DNA of 64,000 nucleotides from Zancudomyces culisetae HAW-14-8 (GCA_052426225.1 JBNJNM010000021.1:3038001-3102000); one strand, 5' to 3'. Shown: positions 22,054 to 37,148, counted from the first letter of the stretch. Made by a program: numbers and translations. The notes: generated by a model not told the origin, from the sequence alone.

Positions 22054-22565
22054 TCTATTTATTATGATTTATCTTTTAGCATTAGACTGGTGTGCCGCAA
22101 ACTAGGTGTATCATTTTTATTACTGTCTTTTATAATTTTCAAATTTGTAAACTTGTTTTAAAATCATAGATTTTAGTTACTTTCATATGCTTTTTGATTT
22201 CAAATACCAATTTGCGTAAATATGCGGGAAACTTGACTTCCTTTTCTGCAATTTTATTTCCCACCACTGTATCCTGTTAATTCATTTTCGACCCAATAAA
22301 ATAATAGATGTTTGTAATAGTGATAAATTGACCATTAATCCAATAGCTTTGCTTAAAACCAAACTGATGCCACAAAAAGCAAAAATGTAAAATTAAACTT
22401 GCTTTGTTGGAATCATTTAAACACTGAATCTTGGATATCTAAACTCAATCATAAATAACTAAAAAAAACCACAACCAACATACTAAAAAAGCGACAAGGT
22501 TCCTCCTACATCTTGGAGATAAAATTACCAAAATTCAGCCAACAAAGATAAACAGTATATTCAAA

Positions 22566-23828
22566 ATGCTCCAGGTGAAAATAGCTCCTTCCTTGCTCTC
22601 GGGCGATTTTGGAAAGCTGGCACAAGAATGCGAGAGAATGTTGACCTGTGGTGCGGATTACCTACACATGGGTATGTATTAGACTAATTAGAATATCATT
22701 TATTACTTTGGTCCTATTTCTTGTTTTTTGTTTTATTGTGATACTCTTTACTTTGGCTTTATAAGCGTATATGAATTAAAAACTTTGTCTTGTAACAAAT
22801 GTAGATGTTATGGATGGGTAAGTCTATTTTTCATATATAAATGAATGATTCTGTACTCAACTGTTTTACTACTGTGAAGAACGATGAGTATAAAGTCATT
22901 TTGTAATCGAATAGAAATTTTGTACCAAATCTGACTATCGGAGCTCCAGTCATTAAATCTGTGAGACCACACACTAAAGGTTTCTTGGATTGCCACTTGA
23001 TGGTTTCCAATCCTGAACAGGTATTTTACTTTTTGTGAATACTCATTGATTTATGTACATTTATCTAGATATTTATATATATACATGTGCATTTTTATCA
23101 AAAACATACCGGAAATTTAGTCAAACAACAAATCAGTACCAATTAATCTTGAAATTTATCCCCTGTTTAAAATCACGGGTTCACGAAACATAATCTTGCT
23201 AAATTCCCAAAAAATAATATTACTGGAATATAGTGGGTAAAGGATTTCCAAAAGGCAGGGGCAGATCAGTATGGATTTCACATTGAAGCAACAAGTAAGT
23301 GAGGAAATGCGATGGCAGGGGAGGAAGGAAGTGTCTTTAGCTTTACTTCCTTTTATCCTCCCATTATTGATACCATTTATTTTGTATTTTAACATTGGAA
23401 CATCTGCAAAACTCTTGTCTTATTCTTGAATAGAGGATGCAGGGGCATTGATAGATGTAATACATGCGCATAATATGAGAGCTAGTATAACCGTAAAGCC
23501 AAAGACAGACATAGAGACGATCTTCCCATATTGTGACAAAGTAGATCAGGTTTTGATAATGACGGTTGAACCAGGGTTTGGTGGACAATCTTTTATGCCA
23601 GATATGATACCCAAAATTTGGAGCCTGAGAAAAAGATTTCCCAAACTCGACATTCAAGTTGATGGAGGAATTGGACCAGACAACATCACTCAAGTTTCCG
23701 AAGCTGGTGCCAACGTGTTTGTCGCAGGAAGTTCAATCTTCAATGCTGCCTCTCCTAAGGATGCCATTTCCGAAATGAGAAGGTTGGCTGAGGCTGGATT
23801 GGCAAAAAAAAAGTGGCTAAACAACTAA
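22566..23828 (+). CDS. RPE1: Ribulose-phosphate 3-epimerase, multi-exon with a 13-nt micro-exon
   Basis: IAPSLLS.DF, LHMDVMDGNFVPNLT, DCHLMV, LIMTVEPGFGGQSF, IQVDGGI, VAGS motifs. Confidence 0.95.
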
Positions 23829-24239
23829 TCCGCCATTTTTGGGTCTAGTGAATTTTTGTCTACTCCTTTAACATTCACTTTTTTTTACGTGATTTATTGA
23901 ACCCCACTATTTTTCTCTTTTGAACTTTTCTTAATGGTATAAAGTAAATTAAACCTCCTCCACGTACTCAAATCACCTCCCCCCCCTCCCCACTGCACCC
24001 ATTCATCGTTGACAATGGTTATAGTTTCACTTTGTGAGGTATAAGCTCTAGAAAAGAGTGAAAAACACGTTTATTACCCTGCATAGCTAGTAAAAAATAG
24101 AATTTATCGCAGTATCCAAAGAGAAGACTGCTAATAACACATAATCCCCGTAATCGCTACTTTGCGCAAGACCAAAAAGAGCTGAAAGAAAGTAGAAAAC
24201 AAATATATGAGTACGATAGTTAAAGCCTGTTCTACAGAG

Positions 24240-25298
24240 TTACAGACTGAGGGCGTTATCCTAGTGATTACATCAATATTTTTTTTAGCGGAAAGAAAGT
24301 AGTGGAATCAAGCTGCTAATGCTTTATTGTGGATATAAATTATGCCTATCTAAAGCAAATATTACCTTAATAGCCTTCTGAGTGCTATGTAAAAACTCAT
24401 CGACGCTTTTCCAGCAGTTTAAGGGGGTATCTTGGTTATTTTTGTAACATTCGATAACCTTTTCTCTCGCTACATTCAATTCGGCCACTATACTTGAGTT
24501 GTTCCTAGTAGAAAAAAAAACAGATAGTGTTAGAACGATTGAAATGTTCAAATATATCTGCATCAATACTAATTTCAGCACCAACAACACTATTAGAATG
24601 ATGCCTGTAAGCAAACTTCAGCTGATATAGGAAAAATACAATTCACTCAATTACAACTCATAAAATATACGCCTTAATAAGAAAAGTACCTCTGAGAAGC
24701 TGCGATTTTTTCCTCCAGTTGTTTAATCTCTTCATTCAAGCTGGCGGTGCTCAAGAGACGCTCTCTAAGTTTATCCACCTTGCTTTGTTTATCTGTAAGA
24801 TGCAGCGATAGCGCTTTATCTACATTCTTTTGAATCTCTTGTTCATCCATGTTTGGTTTTTCTGCTTTAACGGAAACCTCCATTGGCTTTTGTGACACTA
24901 CTTCGGCTACATTTGGCTATTTAATTGCATTAATGCATTTTATTAATGTCTGCTGATGGGTATTTTTAGAAAAATCTTCATCTTTTCAACTATATACGTT
25001 TTCTCAACCGCATTAAGAATGTGGATTTGTTTATTTGCATTTCTAAAAAAGGGAAATGGAAATTAAAAATAAAAAAATACCTCTCTACTGTATACTCTGC
25101 TTAATACATCTCCTGAAACCTAATCACAATATTATTGTACCATCTGTTTATTGTTCAGAATTAAATGGCGACAGACGCCAATACAATAGCATTACTAAAG
25201 GCTAGTACTACGCCTGATTATCATTTTTGTAAACTCTTTACCTTGATGGAAACATTGTCATCATAAACAACCTCCCCTTTCGAACTCTGAGCGCCCAT
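24240..25298 (-). CDS. MIC19: MICOS subunit Mic19 (CHCHD3-like), multi-exon
   Basis: MGAQSSK myristoylation start, coiled-coil, and C-terminal VIECYKNNQDTPLNCWKSVDEF (Cx10C, DUF1690-like). Confidence 0.8.
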
Positions 25299-25849
25299 GG
25301 TAAAATTCTATTTTTGCTATTGAATCTTGGTTATTTTCTTGTTGCCTCTACGATTGCGCTAAATAAATTTAAAGCAGGTATTCTCATATAATAAACTCAC
25401 CTTGTTAACCAAACGAATGTGTGCCTATCTATAGTTTCAACAGTTTAGAAGCAAAATGCAAATAGTGGATTTCCTCTGAATTTGAAATATTCCCGCTTTT
25501 TTGCCACTGAACAAGATAATTTCATCCAAAATCCTGCGATAAACATTGGAGCTTCATCTTTCAAACTTCATACTTGCTACTAGATAAAAGCTAAATCTCG
25601 CCAAATTATTAACTGAATTGTTTTGCCGCATTTTTTTTATCAGCAAAATGGGCTATATTTTTACCTGATTGCCAATTGGATAGTGCATTATGGATCAAAA
25701 AAAATTTTTTTTTTACATTTTTTTTTTAAAAATTGAAAGCACACATATATCATACGGTTTGCGAATAGTAAAATAGTAAGAAAAATAGGGCTATTCATAT
25801 TCTGTAATACCTTTGACCTCAACAAAATCAATTGCCTGCGATATCAAAC

Positions 25850-27165
<1,316 letters not shown>

Positions 27166-27819
27166 TAAATTAAACTTTTTTGTTTCGCCTGATTCTACTG
27201 GTGCCTAGTGTATCTACCTATTTTTCTGTTTTATTTTTTTGAACAGACGAGCACGTCAGTGAATATACAGAATATAACCCACTTTTGACCGCTTTCTTTT
27301 TTACCTATTCCATTGTTAAAATGGTGTTAGACCAGTGTTTATATAGCATTATTAGGACCCATTTGCATATTACTATTCACTCCCAGGGAGAATGTTTCAT
27401 AACTTTGCACCTTTGAAATCTAGTGAAGTCTAGCAACCCTCATCTTTATGTATAGGATGGGACTGTCTTGAAAAAAAATATTTTTTTCTCAATGAGAGTG
27501 TAGATAGAATGATTGATGCTCATCAATTGGCTATTCAAAATAATTTGCAATCCATCAACTACCAAACCAGCCATTAACCTTTTTTTCACAACACAATCTT
27601 GAAAGATCAGGTATCCTCTTCCCTGTTTTCCAAACAACTATAAATCAAACCAAGCCTTGTGTATTTAAAGCGAAGCGGATATTTGAGCGTTTTATTTTTT
27701 TGTCTTCATAATTTGTCGTCAAAAAAGGTCTTTATACTATCAAAAATATTTAGTGATAACACCAAACGATTACAAGCAAATAAATTGTTTAGACGAAACG
27801 AAACAAAACGATACGAAAA

Positions 27820-29698
27820 ATGATGCTAGGTTCTTTTCGACAATTAAACAAGGCTTCGCTTGCCAAAAATATAACAGAGAGATTTAGAATAATCACAAAC
27901 AACACCTGCATGATTAGGAAATATGTGAGCTCAGGCTTGCTTGATCTAAAGGAACCAGAGGGCCCCAAAATGGTAACAGATTATCCTGGACCACTCAGTA
28001 TTAAAGCCTCCGAGGAATTAAAGAAGTATCAGCTTGTCCGTACCAATTCACTAGCTATAGGTGCGTCTAGTGTTTATATTATTTTAATATTTTTTATTAT
28101 TACTTTGCTTTTCTTGCCATATCCCACTATATTGACTTGAAACTTTTAGATTATTCAAAGTCAGTTGGAAATTATCTAATCGATGTCGACGGAAATACTG
28201 TAAGTGAATAACTACATTTATATAACCATTTATAATTTTATATACGTGTTTGATGCTAGATACAATTAAATAAGCATGTCATATTGTCGTTTAAAAAAAC
28301 TTCAACGCGTGCTAATGGTACAGGACAAATAATCAAATATGAAATAGATGCTGGACTTGTACATGCAAGGATCATCCATTCCACTGGGCTATAATCATCC
28401 AGAGTTGCTAAAGGCATCCCAATCCGAAGATACGCTCATTGCACTTACAAATACTCCAACATTGGATATTACATTATCCAAAGACTGGTGCAAAAAACTA
28501 GAGAACACATATTTAACAGTGGGGCCAAAGGGAATGGGCAATGTATTCACATGTAAGTCTTGATTTCGACGTTTTTTTTTCAACCATTGTGTTAATTGTC
28601 ATGTCGCCTACTAGAAGCCAAGTTTCCTTCAAACCAATGGATATATATAAAAATATACACATCTTTATGTTTATAGCGGCAACTGGGGTAGATCCTAATG
28701 AAGTAGCACTTAGGGCAACAATACTCGTACACGAGAAATCTCGTAGGTTCAAATCTTCTAACCTCGAGACGGAAAATGCGGTTGGGAGCAAGGCACAACG
28801 AAATTCAAAAGTCTCATTTATATCATTCAAAAGCGAAGTTTCTGGTGGAAACGCTTCCTCTACAAAGGCGGATGATATAGTACCCCTACAAAAAGAAAAT
28901 GACTCGGCAACCTTATGCTCTTTCGTGCCTTTTCCAGAGCTCAAATACCCTTTGGACAATTATGAGACTGAAAATAAAAATGAGGAAAAGTTATGCTTGA
29001 GTAGGGTTGAAAAGATGATTGAGGGGCAATTTTCCCCTGTAGCTGCTCTTGTTGTGGAACCCATTTTTTGTGAAGGTGGTGATAAGCACGCCAGCAATGA
29101 CTTTTTTAGGGAGCTTAGACGCATTACAAAAGAACATGGTGTCTTCTTAATCGTTGATGAAACACAGACAGGAGTTGGTACTACTGGAACTTTTTGGGCT
29201 CACGAAAAATGGGGCCTTGAAAGCCCACCTGATATTGTGACTTTTTCTAGTAAAATGCAATCTTCTGGGTTTTACTTTACTGATGAGCTGAAAATCGCCC
29301 AGTCTCACGAAATTTTGAATAAATGGAGTGCTGAACCGATAAAACTAGCACATTCTAAGGCAGTAGTAGATACCATCCAACGAGACGATCTTTTGCAACA
29401 AAACATGAGGACGGGTAGGTATCTCATGTCACATCTTAGGCCTCTTTCTGTTCGTTATCACAGAGTCATCAGAAACCTCAGGGGTAGTGGTACTTTTATT
29501 TCGTTTGATTGTCCCACCCGCGAAATTCAGCAAAGAGTTCTGTTTTTGCTCCGTAGTAACGGGATCATGATTGACGGCAGTGGTACTTCAACTATCAGGT
29601 TTAGACCTAGCCTGACTTTTGCGAATAAACATGTAAACGAATTTCTGCCGAAATTCGAACTCGTGCTAGGCGCAATCTACGATGAATACTGGCCATGA
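27820..29698 (+). CDS. Mitochondrial 4-aminobutyrate aminotransferase (GABA-T)-like protein, class III PLP fold, probably inactive
   Basis: PGP.S, KSVGNYLIDVDGN, PLGYNHP, VEPI..EGGD.HAS, VDETQTG.G.TG.FWAHE.W, RG.GTFI.FD, IRFRPSL. The PLP Lys position is Ser. Confidence 0.88.
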
Positions 29699-29897
29699 GT
29701 TTATTATAGAGGAGGGGGAAGAATTAACTTTACAATAGAATGACAAACGCTAGCTGTTCTTTTTATGACTTTAAAGATATGTGCTACTAATTTTACCTGG
29801 TATTTTTCTCTTTTTTTAATCTGAAATATTAAGTATTAAATGAAATAAAAAAAACATTAAAAATAGGAATAGCGTAAATGTTAGGAGTTCCCAATAC

Positions 29898-31049
29898 CTA
29901 AAAAAAATCAATATTTTCTATCTCTACACCAAACATATCGCCAAAAGCTGTTGCAACGCTAACATGCTTTCCGCTGGGTGTGGGCACTTCCTTTTCGTCC
30001 AATAAATCCTCTACAGCAAATACAATATCATCGAAAAACTCTCTGTAGGCATAAGGTGATTTTTCAATAACCTCTTTCCACATCTCAGCCAAATGGCGCG
30101 CAGCCTTACATGTACTTCCTACACACCCAAACCTACCCAATACAACAGATTTGTGTCCCTGTGCCCGGGCTATATTCAATATGACCTCCATCTTTCGCAT
30201 ATAATTTCGAGCGGTTTCATCAGCGATTCGCATTTCCCTTCTACCATAATGGTTAACATCATTTATCTGGATATTCGAATAGGGTGATACGTTAATAAAA
30301 TTTAAATACAATGGTTCCTCCATAAACATATAACCTTCATTTTCTGATTTTCTGAACACAGCCACATCAGGTGAATATATACCGCCGAATTCAGGAATCG
30401 GATATGACCAGGCTCTGTTGGCATCAAATGAATACGGATCATCCAGATTATTCCATAGCCAGCTTCTCCTGCATATCTCTTCTTCCTGGTTTCCAGTACC
30501 CTTTTTGTATCCTCCCCCTGGCATTGTCTTTGATGCAAACACTAAAACTGCTGGTGTTTTTGCGTGGTTTGGATGTAATTCTATTAATTTTTGCGCGACT
30601 GTAACACAATCAGCGTCTACTACTCTTACCATAGCCTTTCCTTCAGTCCAGTTTCTGCTTCTATTATTTCGAAACTCTGAAACAAACTGCTCGTCATGGG
30701 GATAGAATGTTGTTTTTGTTACGCTTCTCTTCAACCTGTTTATGTCAAGCCGCACCTCTTGGGTTGTTGGTAAACTATACTGTAGCCTTAATGTTGCTAT
30801 AACGGTTCCCATCTGCACTATTGACCGCAACGCTCGTTGTAACTTCATGTTTTTTTTTGAGTCTTCATAAACTTTGAGCCATGACTCATCTTCAAAAATG
30901 TAATTTAACGCTAGCTCTAGTTGCACTTTTTCTGAAAACAGTGCTTCCTTTAATTCCTTACAAGTAAAGGAATTGTATGCTCTACCAGATACTAAACTTT
31001 TTTCCAGTCCGTATATCCCCTTCTCTGCTTTTTTCTTTGCCTTTAGCAT
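29898..31049 (-). CDS. Bacterial-type poly(ADP-ribose) glycohydrolase (TIGR02452/DUF2263 macrodomain); start uncertain
   Basis: AVLVFAS..MPGGG...G...QEEEICRRS, IYSPDVAVFR and VVLG.FGC motifs. Confidence 0.85.
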   Translation of the reverse strand: MLKAKKKAEKGIYGLEKSLVSGRAYNSFTCKELKEALFSEKVQLELALNYIFEDESWLKVYEDSKKNMKLQRALRSIVQMGTVIATLRLQYSLPTTQEVRLDINRLKRSVTKTTFYPHDEQFVSEFRNNRSRNWTEGKAMVRVVDADCVTVAQKLIELHPNHAKTPAVLVFASKTMPGGGYKKGTGNQEEEICRRSWLWNNLDDPYSFDANRAWSYPIPEFGGIYSPDVAVFRKSENEGYMFMEEPLYLNFINVSPYSNIQINDVNHYGRREMRIADETARNYMRKMEVILNIARAQGHKSVVLGRFGCVGSTCKAARHLAEMWKEVIEKSPYAYREFFDDIVFAVEDLLDEKEVPTPSGKHVSVATAFGDMFGVEIENIDFF

Positions 31050-33375
31050 TGTGCACACTTTTTCTACCTAATAACTTGATTTCCTATTTTCTCGCTTATT
31101 CCGCTTTTCCACTTTCTAGGCTTTGCTGTCAATGGCCTGTATACACGTTAAAGCTAATACGCAAGTACAGTGTTTAGTAAATTATAATAGTATTCAGTAT
31201 AGACGATAAACATTTCTTTGAAATGTACACACAATCGTAGCTATAATAACTGATACTAGATGGGTTTATATATCTGTATGAAACTACTATCTTTTGTATT
31301 TTTATTGTACTAAACTCATCATGAATATTCGAAATAGTTTATATAGTTTATTTTTTTAAATAAAAAAAAAGTAACATCGAAAACAAGCGAAAAGTTTTCC
31401 GTTAATAGCACATTTAAGAATAAATCTAGTATAATGGCAGTAGTAAAGCTAATGACAGAAGCAGTAGTGATATAACTTTAGGCACATCTGTAATAACTAT
31501 AATCATAGGGTACTGAATTACATTTTCGATGCAAGAAGTATACTCTACATGACAATTCGCCTGATTAATTAAAGTCAGTTAGGTATACCCTATTGTGTGT
31601 TCCATGGCTCCAAAAATTAATAGCGAAAGTCTCGCATATTGCAGAGGCTTTACTTGAAGCAAGGGTTTCATCTGTTTTACTTTTACCAGGCTCTTTCTTG
31701 TGTATCGCAACTTTTATAATGTGCTGGTTAGGCTAATGGGCAAACTTCTTTATTTTTGATGTTTGATATGTGTAGTAATTGTGTTTATAATTTATATAAC
31801 AAAATACGCTTGAAGTTAATATTCCCAAATTTAATTATACTGATATTTTCACAAAAACCACTTGTGAATATACAAACACATCTGGTTTGAATGAACAAAG
31901 ATATAGATGTGCTGCTATGTGTATTGCTACCCTATTCATAAGATAATACCAGACATTGTGAACCATGACATGGAAATAGCCTTTTGGTTTTAAAAACACA
32001 TAATTTGCAGTTCAACAAGCGAATTCGTATATCAATAAAAAATACATTTTTTTTTCACCTCATTCTAATTAGTTTGTCTTTCTTTTTATTTTTATTTTTT
32101 GAACTTAGAATGATGAGCTTGGTAGACATCAAGTTAAATGCTTGTTTTTTTTTTCCCGAGTATACACATTATTTTTTTCACTGGCTTTCCAAGTATACAC
32201 TGTTACTAATTTTAAACACTATCAAAATAGTGATTAACTTTTTCTTAGCACTAGGTTGTTTTAAAAGTCTAAATTTTGTGTAAGTTTTGGGCGGGGGGGG
32301 GGGGGGTTTCTTCTTTGAAAAAAAAAAGAAAAGTAGGGGCTTCATAATCCCATATAGAAAGAACTGGTCATTTACAACCTTTGTAGTAAATACTATTGAT
32401 TACACAAAAGAGTATATCCTTTCATATTAAATTAAAAAATGCTAATGGTATGTTCAAATCCCTTTTTAAAAGGCTTATCGCGAATCTAGAAAATTTCCGA
32501 GGTTTTATGGTTTAGGTGACAATATTTTATGCGTAACGCGCAATGGGTAATGGGTAATGGGTGAAGAACAGCCAGAGTATCTATCCAGTTAAACACTTTT
32601 TAAACCAACTTCTATTCAAAAAAGAACAGACACAAAAGTTTTTCAGATACTAAGATGGCAAAGATACAAAAAGCATCCCACTAAATACAAACAACCACAA
32701 ATTATAGGTCATATCTATAGTATATCAACATCAAAACCTACTTTGAACGCTATTTCGTTTAGTTTATTCTATGACACTCATTCTACTTGTCATTCCTCAC
32801 CCCAATTCAGAACCCAAACGAAATATTCTTAGGAAAATTATCATTACAAATATATGAACGTAGACTGGCATTAAAAGATGTGAGATGCAAAGCTCCAAAC
32901 AGAATTACACAACTATAAAAACCCTACTGTGTTTTTTTTTCGTTTTGTTAGCTTTGTTATTATGTAGCAGGGAAAGCCCGCAATGATGCAGTATTATAAG
33001 AATAATGGCATGTAGAGATTTCACATGAATGAGCTCTAACTTTATTTGAAGTTGTGACAAAACCACGGCCTGCCAACAAAAATTTTTTTCCAGAGTTTTA
33101 GCCAATAGTTGATACGTGATCAAATCTAAAAAATAACAAAAGTATGATTGCTTAGCAAATAAGGGGCAAATTCGCATTCGATTTGCTGGTGGATTTATGA
33201 GATCAGTGAGCAAACGCAAAGGCCTAAACTTTATTGTAAAAAGTTATAAAATGCGAGAGTATTTTCCACTGTTGCTTTGAAAGCTCCACGAAATACAAAA
33301 TTAAAAGATAATAACAAGGATTTAATCCTCGCTGTAATTCAAGAAAATAGAGGATAAAGCTAATTGATCGAAATC

Positions 33376-35755
33376 ATGGCAGAAAATTCTCAAACCAATG
33401 CCGAGCGACCTGACCAAGCTCAGGACGACAGCCAAAAAAAATACAGGTCGATTGTTATAAATGCTGTGATTATAATGCTAATCACGCAGGTTCCAAGTAA
33501 GTAGGATTTTGTTCGGTTTTTACTAGGTAAATAAAAATATTTGGTAATATGATTTATTTTTTTTACGAAAACGTCCGATTCTAGTGTTGATCAAGAATTT
33601 CTACCAAGCACAAACAGCTGATGAAGCACAAAATGTCGACATCTTCGATGATACAGGCAATAAACAGGGGCAGGAAGCCGGCTTTAACGACATTCAAACG
33701 GAAGAACCTGTAGGAGATGGGATAGAATCGACGCCGAAAAATTATCAGAATATTTGGAAAGATGGCGATCAATTTGAGGCTTTTATGTATGTCAATCAGG
33801 AATCTGAGCTGTCAAAAGCAGCATATAATGGGAATAATGATATTGTACAACCATGCTGGGAGATACACGGACTTCAATACGGAAATGAGTTTAGCCACAA
33901 AAAATCGATGCAAATCCCAATTAATGAGGTAAGCATACTTGTAAATTATTGGTGCGAAATGATTTCATGTGGAGAATACTTCATATCATTTTTACTATGT
34001 TTCTGTACCAAGTTCTTTGGCATGTATAATAAAATATCCTCCATTACCATAACAATATATTATATTTTTTCCTGGAATAGAGAACCGATTTGAACAAACC
34101 GTTTTATGCTCATTTCATGATCAAACGCAAAGGAACAAAAGATTCAGAAAGTGGGAAAACAGCTGATAAATACAGCACCGCTGTACTTTCTCAAGGTAAG
34201 TGTTCGTTTCTCGTAAAGAATAGCACTGGCGCTCAGCCATCTTTAACCACTTTCCTTGTAATAGCATTTATTGTTCAAGGTAAAGCATGGTATTTTAGTA
34301 TTATGACTCGGACAATATAAACACACCTGTCTTAATATATTAGAACTCACAACATTTCTCAGATATAAAACACCGAAAATAAAGAAAAAATTGATGGGAT
34401 CAAACGAGGAACTCAAGGAAAAAAAAGACAACCTGACTGAAGGCGAGTTATATCCGTATTGGTATCCCAACATCACCATAGCAGTTGTTAACAGTGCTGA
34501 GGTTAAGTTTAAGTACCACGGTGAAAGCGAATCAGTACGACAGTGGATGAAAATTGAGGAAGATTTTAAAGAAACTGAAGACGGAGATAGTGGAGGATAC
34601 TATCCAATCATTTTCTTTAATGATTTTTGGAAGCTTTCGGAAGAAATGTATATGTTGAATAGTACAATAAAAAACCTAGAACTAAGTGTGACATTTGATT
34701 CAATGTCGGCTGTAAAGTTCTTGATCTACGTTTCTCTGATAAAAAGTCAACCCAAGGTGGTAAGTACAGAAGATTTGACCCTGCTGGATGGAATAGAAAT
34801 GCTCAAAAAGACACTACTAACTAACAGTCCGATAATTCTTATCCTCACGGTCGTGGTAACGGCTTTTCATTCATTGTTTGACTTTTTAGCCTTTAAAAAC
34901 GATGTTCAGTTTTGGCGAAAGAAGAAGGACGCAATTGGTGTTAGTACTCGTACAATGGCACTAAATATAGTTTTTCAGGTGATTATTCTCGCATACTTGT
35001 TCGAAAATGAGAAAGAAACATCCTATGTGATTATTTTGAGCAATGCTGTGGGAATATTTATAGAAGTGTGGAAATTATATAGCTCACTAAACATACAACT
35101 ACACGAAAAAACCATTGAGCAAGTTAAGGAACAAATAGAAAAAAGGATTGAACAGCGCAAACAGCGCAGAGAGCAAAAAAAAGCGAACCCAAAAGAGAAA
35201 ATCGAGACTGCTGTACAACCCGAGTGTTCGCCATTGGTAGGTAAAGATAAATATATCATCTTTGAAACGGAATACAGATATATCACAATAAAAAGCACCG
35301 AAGGGATGACTCAATTGGAATCAGATACGCTGAAATACGATCAAATGGCATTCAAATACCTATCCAGAGTGGCCTACCCGGCACTTTTCTCGTACGCAAT
35401 ATATTCACTGTACACCAAGGAGTTCAGATCTTGGTACAGTTTTATTCTCAGCGTTCTTGTTGGATTTGTGTACACATTTGGATTTATTTCGATGACACCT
35501 CAATTATTTATCAACTACAAGCTAAAATCAGTAGCCCACATGCCCTGGAGAACATTTGTATACAAAGCTTTGAACACTTTTATTGACGATCTGTTTGCAT
35601 TCATAATGCCAATGCCCATCCTGCATAGAATAGCTACACTAAGAGATGACGTCGTATTTCTAGCTTACCTCTATCAAAGATGGATCTACGGCGTTGATAC
35701 CTCAAGACCAAACGAGTTTGGACAAGTAGAAGAAGGCAAAGAAAAGGAAGAGTAG
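33376..35755 (+). CDS. CLPTM1: CLPTM1/CLPTM1L-family membrane protein (lipid scramblase), 4 exons
   Basis: YYPIIFFNDFW, FDFLAFKNDVQFW, GFISMTPQLFINYKLKSVAHMPW, YKALNTFIDDLFAF, YLYQRWIY..D..R.NEFG. Confidence 0.95.
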
Positions 35756-36746
35756 TATTATCAATATTGCCGTTAGTATTTGCTGAACTTTATGTTATTT
35801 ACCGTTCAATTGGGATTTATTTATTCACCCTAAGTATCATGAAGATAGTATCATAGAGAATATTATACTTTTTTTTTTACCACTGAACAAAAACCAGTGG
35901 TATATTTTGCTTAGTTATTCAGACTATCATTGTTTTTGATATTTATTTTGCCATTTTTTAACATTATTAACCTGGTATAATAAATTTTGCGGTCGAATAA
36001 TAATGAAAGTATTAAAATATGGAATTCCGTGAAAAGCATAAAGAACTTTGCAACAGTTGTACAATTCTGATACTAAATATTTGCACATAGAAGTATTTTA
36101 AAAAATAGCGCTGCTTGTTCTTTAACTCACTCGAATGTCAGTTTTTTCTTCTTTTATTTATAATAGCGTAAGCATAGAAGACCAGTTTTAAAAAAAAAAA
36201 CCAACAAGAGCAACGCTGAAAACAAAAGTATATCAAAATAAGGCTGGCGGAATAACAAACATCAGTACTGTACCAAATCTGCTGAAGCAAAACTCTCGAG
36301 AATGAGCATAGTGACAATTCACTATCACCACCACCCAAAAAAGAGGTATGATTGTGTAAAAAACTTGTTCAGACTTTTTTTATAGTAAATGTGTGAGGGA
36401 GGAAGGTGTTGAGCTTTTAGTAGTCTAAGTCAAATATGCCAGAGCAGTTTAATTTTAGATACATACGATTGTTAATCAAATACATGTCTAAAACTGCGTA
36501 TGTGTAGGTTATACAATTCGGTTATGCAGTATTTAATAGGAGTTATTGCTCTGGGCTATGGCATTTCATCTGGTATATAAGCGATACCCACTTCTCGCTC
36601 TGTGGTAAATTCACATTGAAAAATTTCCAATAAGAATAGGGCAATATTTTTATTGATTAATACCCCGTTGATTTGTTGTTTTTAACTTTAATAATTTGTC
36701 TAACCAAATATCTTTATGAGTAGCAACTTTTACTACAACTGAGAAC

Positions 36747-37148
36747 ATGTTTGTCTTCATAAGTTTGAGCCCACAAGCAATATTGATATTCCTATGTGCA
36801 GCCCTTACCATTTCGGGGCAACGGGGGGATGGTAATTCCAACAGGAGACCTGGTAGTAACAATAATAGTGGTGATAACGAAAATAGTGGTGGGAGCACAC
36901 CTGGTGGAAGAGGAAACATCAGCTTTAGTGATTTTGCGATTACTGCTGGAGGCGGTTCAATTGTGGCCATTGTTATTGATCCAAGAATATTCCCACGTTG
37001 TATGACCAGTACAAGATATTGTAGTATAAGAGATCCGCGTGCATACTATGCATGTGAACGCGGTTACTTTGTTAGAAGAAGATGCCGTAGTGGTAGAATC
37101 TGTGCGTATAGGAATGGACAACAACTTTGTTCAAGATCAAGATCATAA
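36747..37148 (+). CDS. Small secreted protein: signal peptide, Gly/Asn linker, Arg-rich 6-Cys CBM19-like domain
   Basis: Hydrophobic N-terminus; C-x6-C-x10-C-x2-G-x6-C-x2-G-x2-C-x8-C pattern; TATATAA at 36574-36580. Confidence 0.7.
   Translation: MFVFISLSPQAILIFLCAALTISGQRGDGNSNRRPGSNNNSGDNENSGGSTPGGRGNISFSDFAITAGGGSIVAIVIDPRIFPRCMTSTRYCSIRDPRAYYACERGYFVRRRCRSGRICAYRNGQQLCSRSRS

Noticed and set aside
32293-32562. G14 run and (AATGGGT)3 as telomeric or G-quadruplex elements
   Set aside because: Too short and isolated to support a function.
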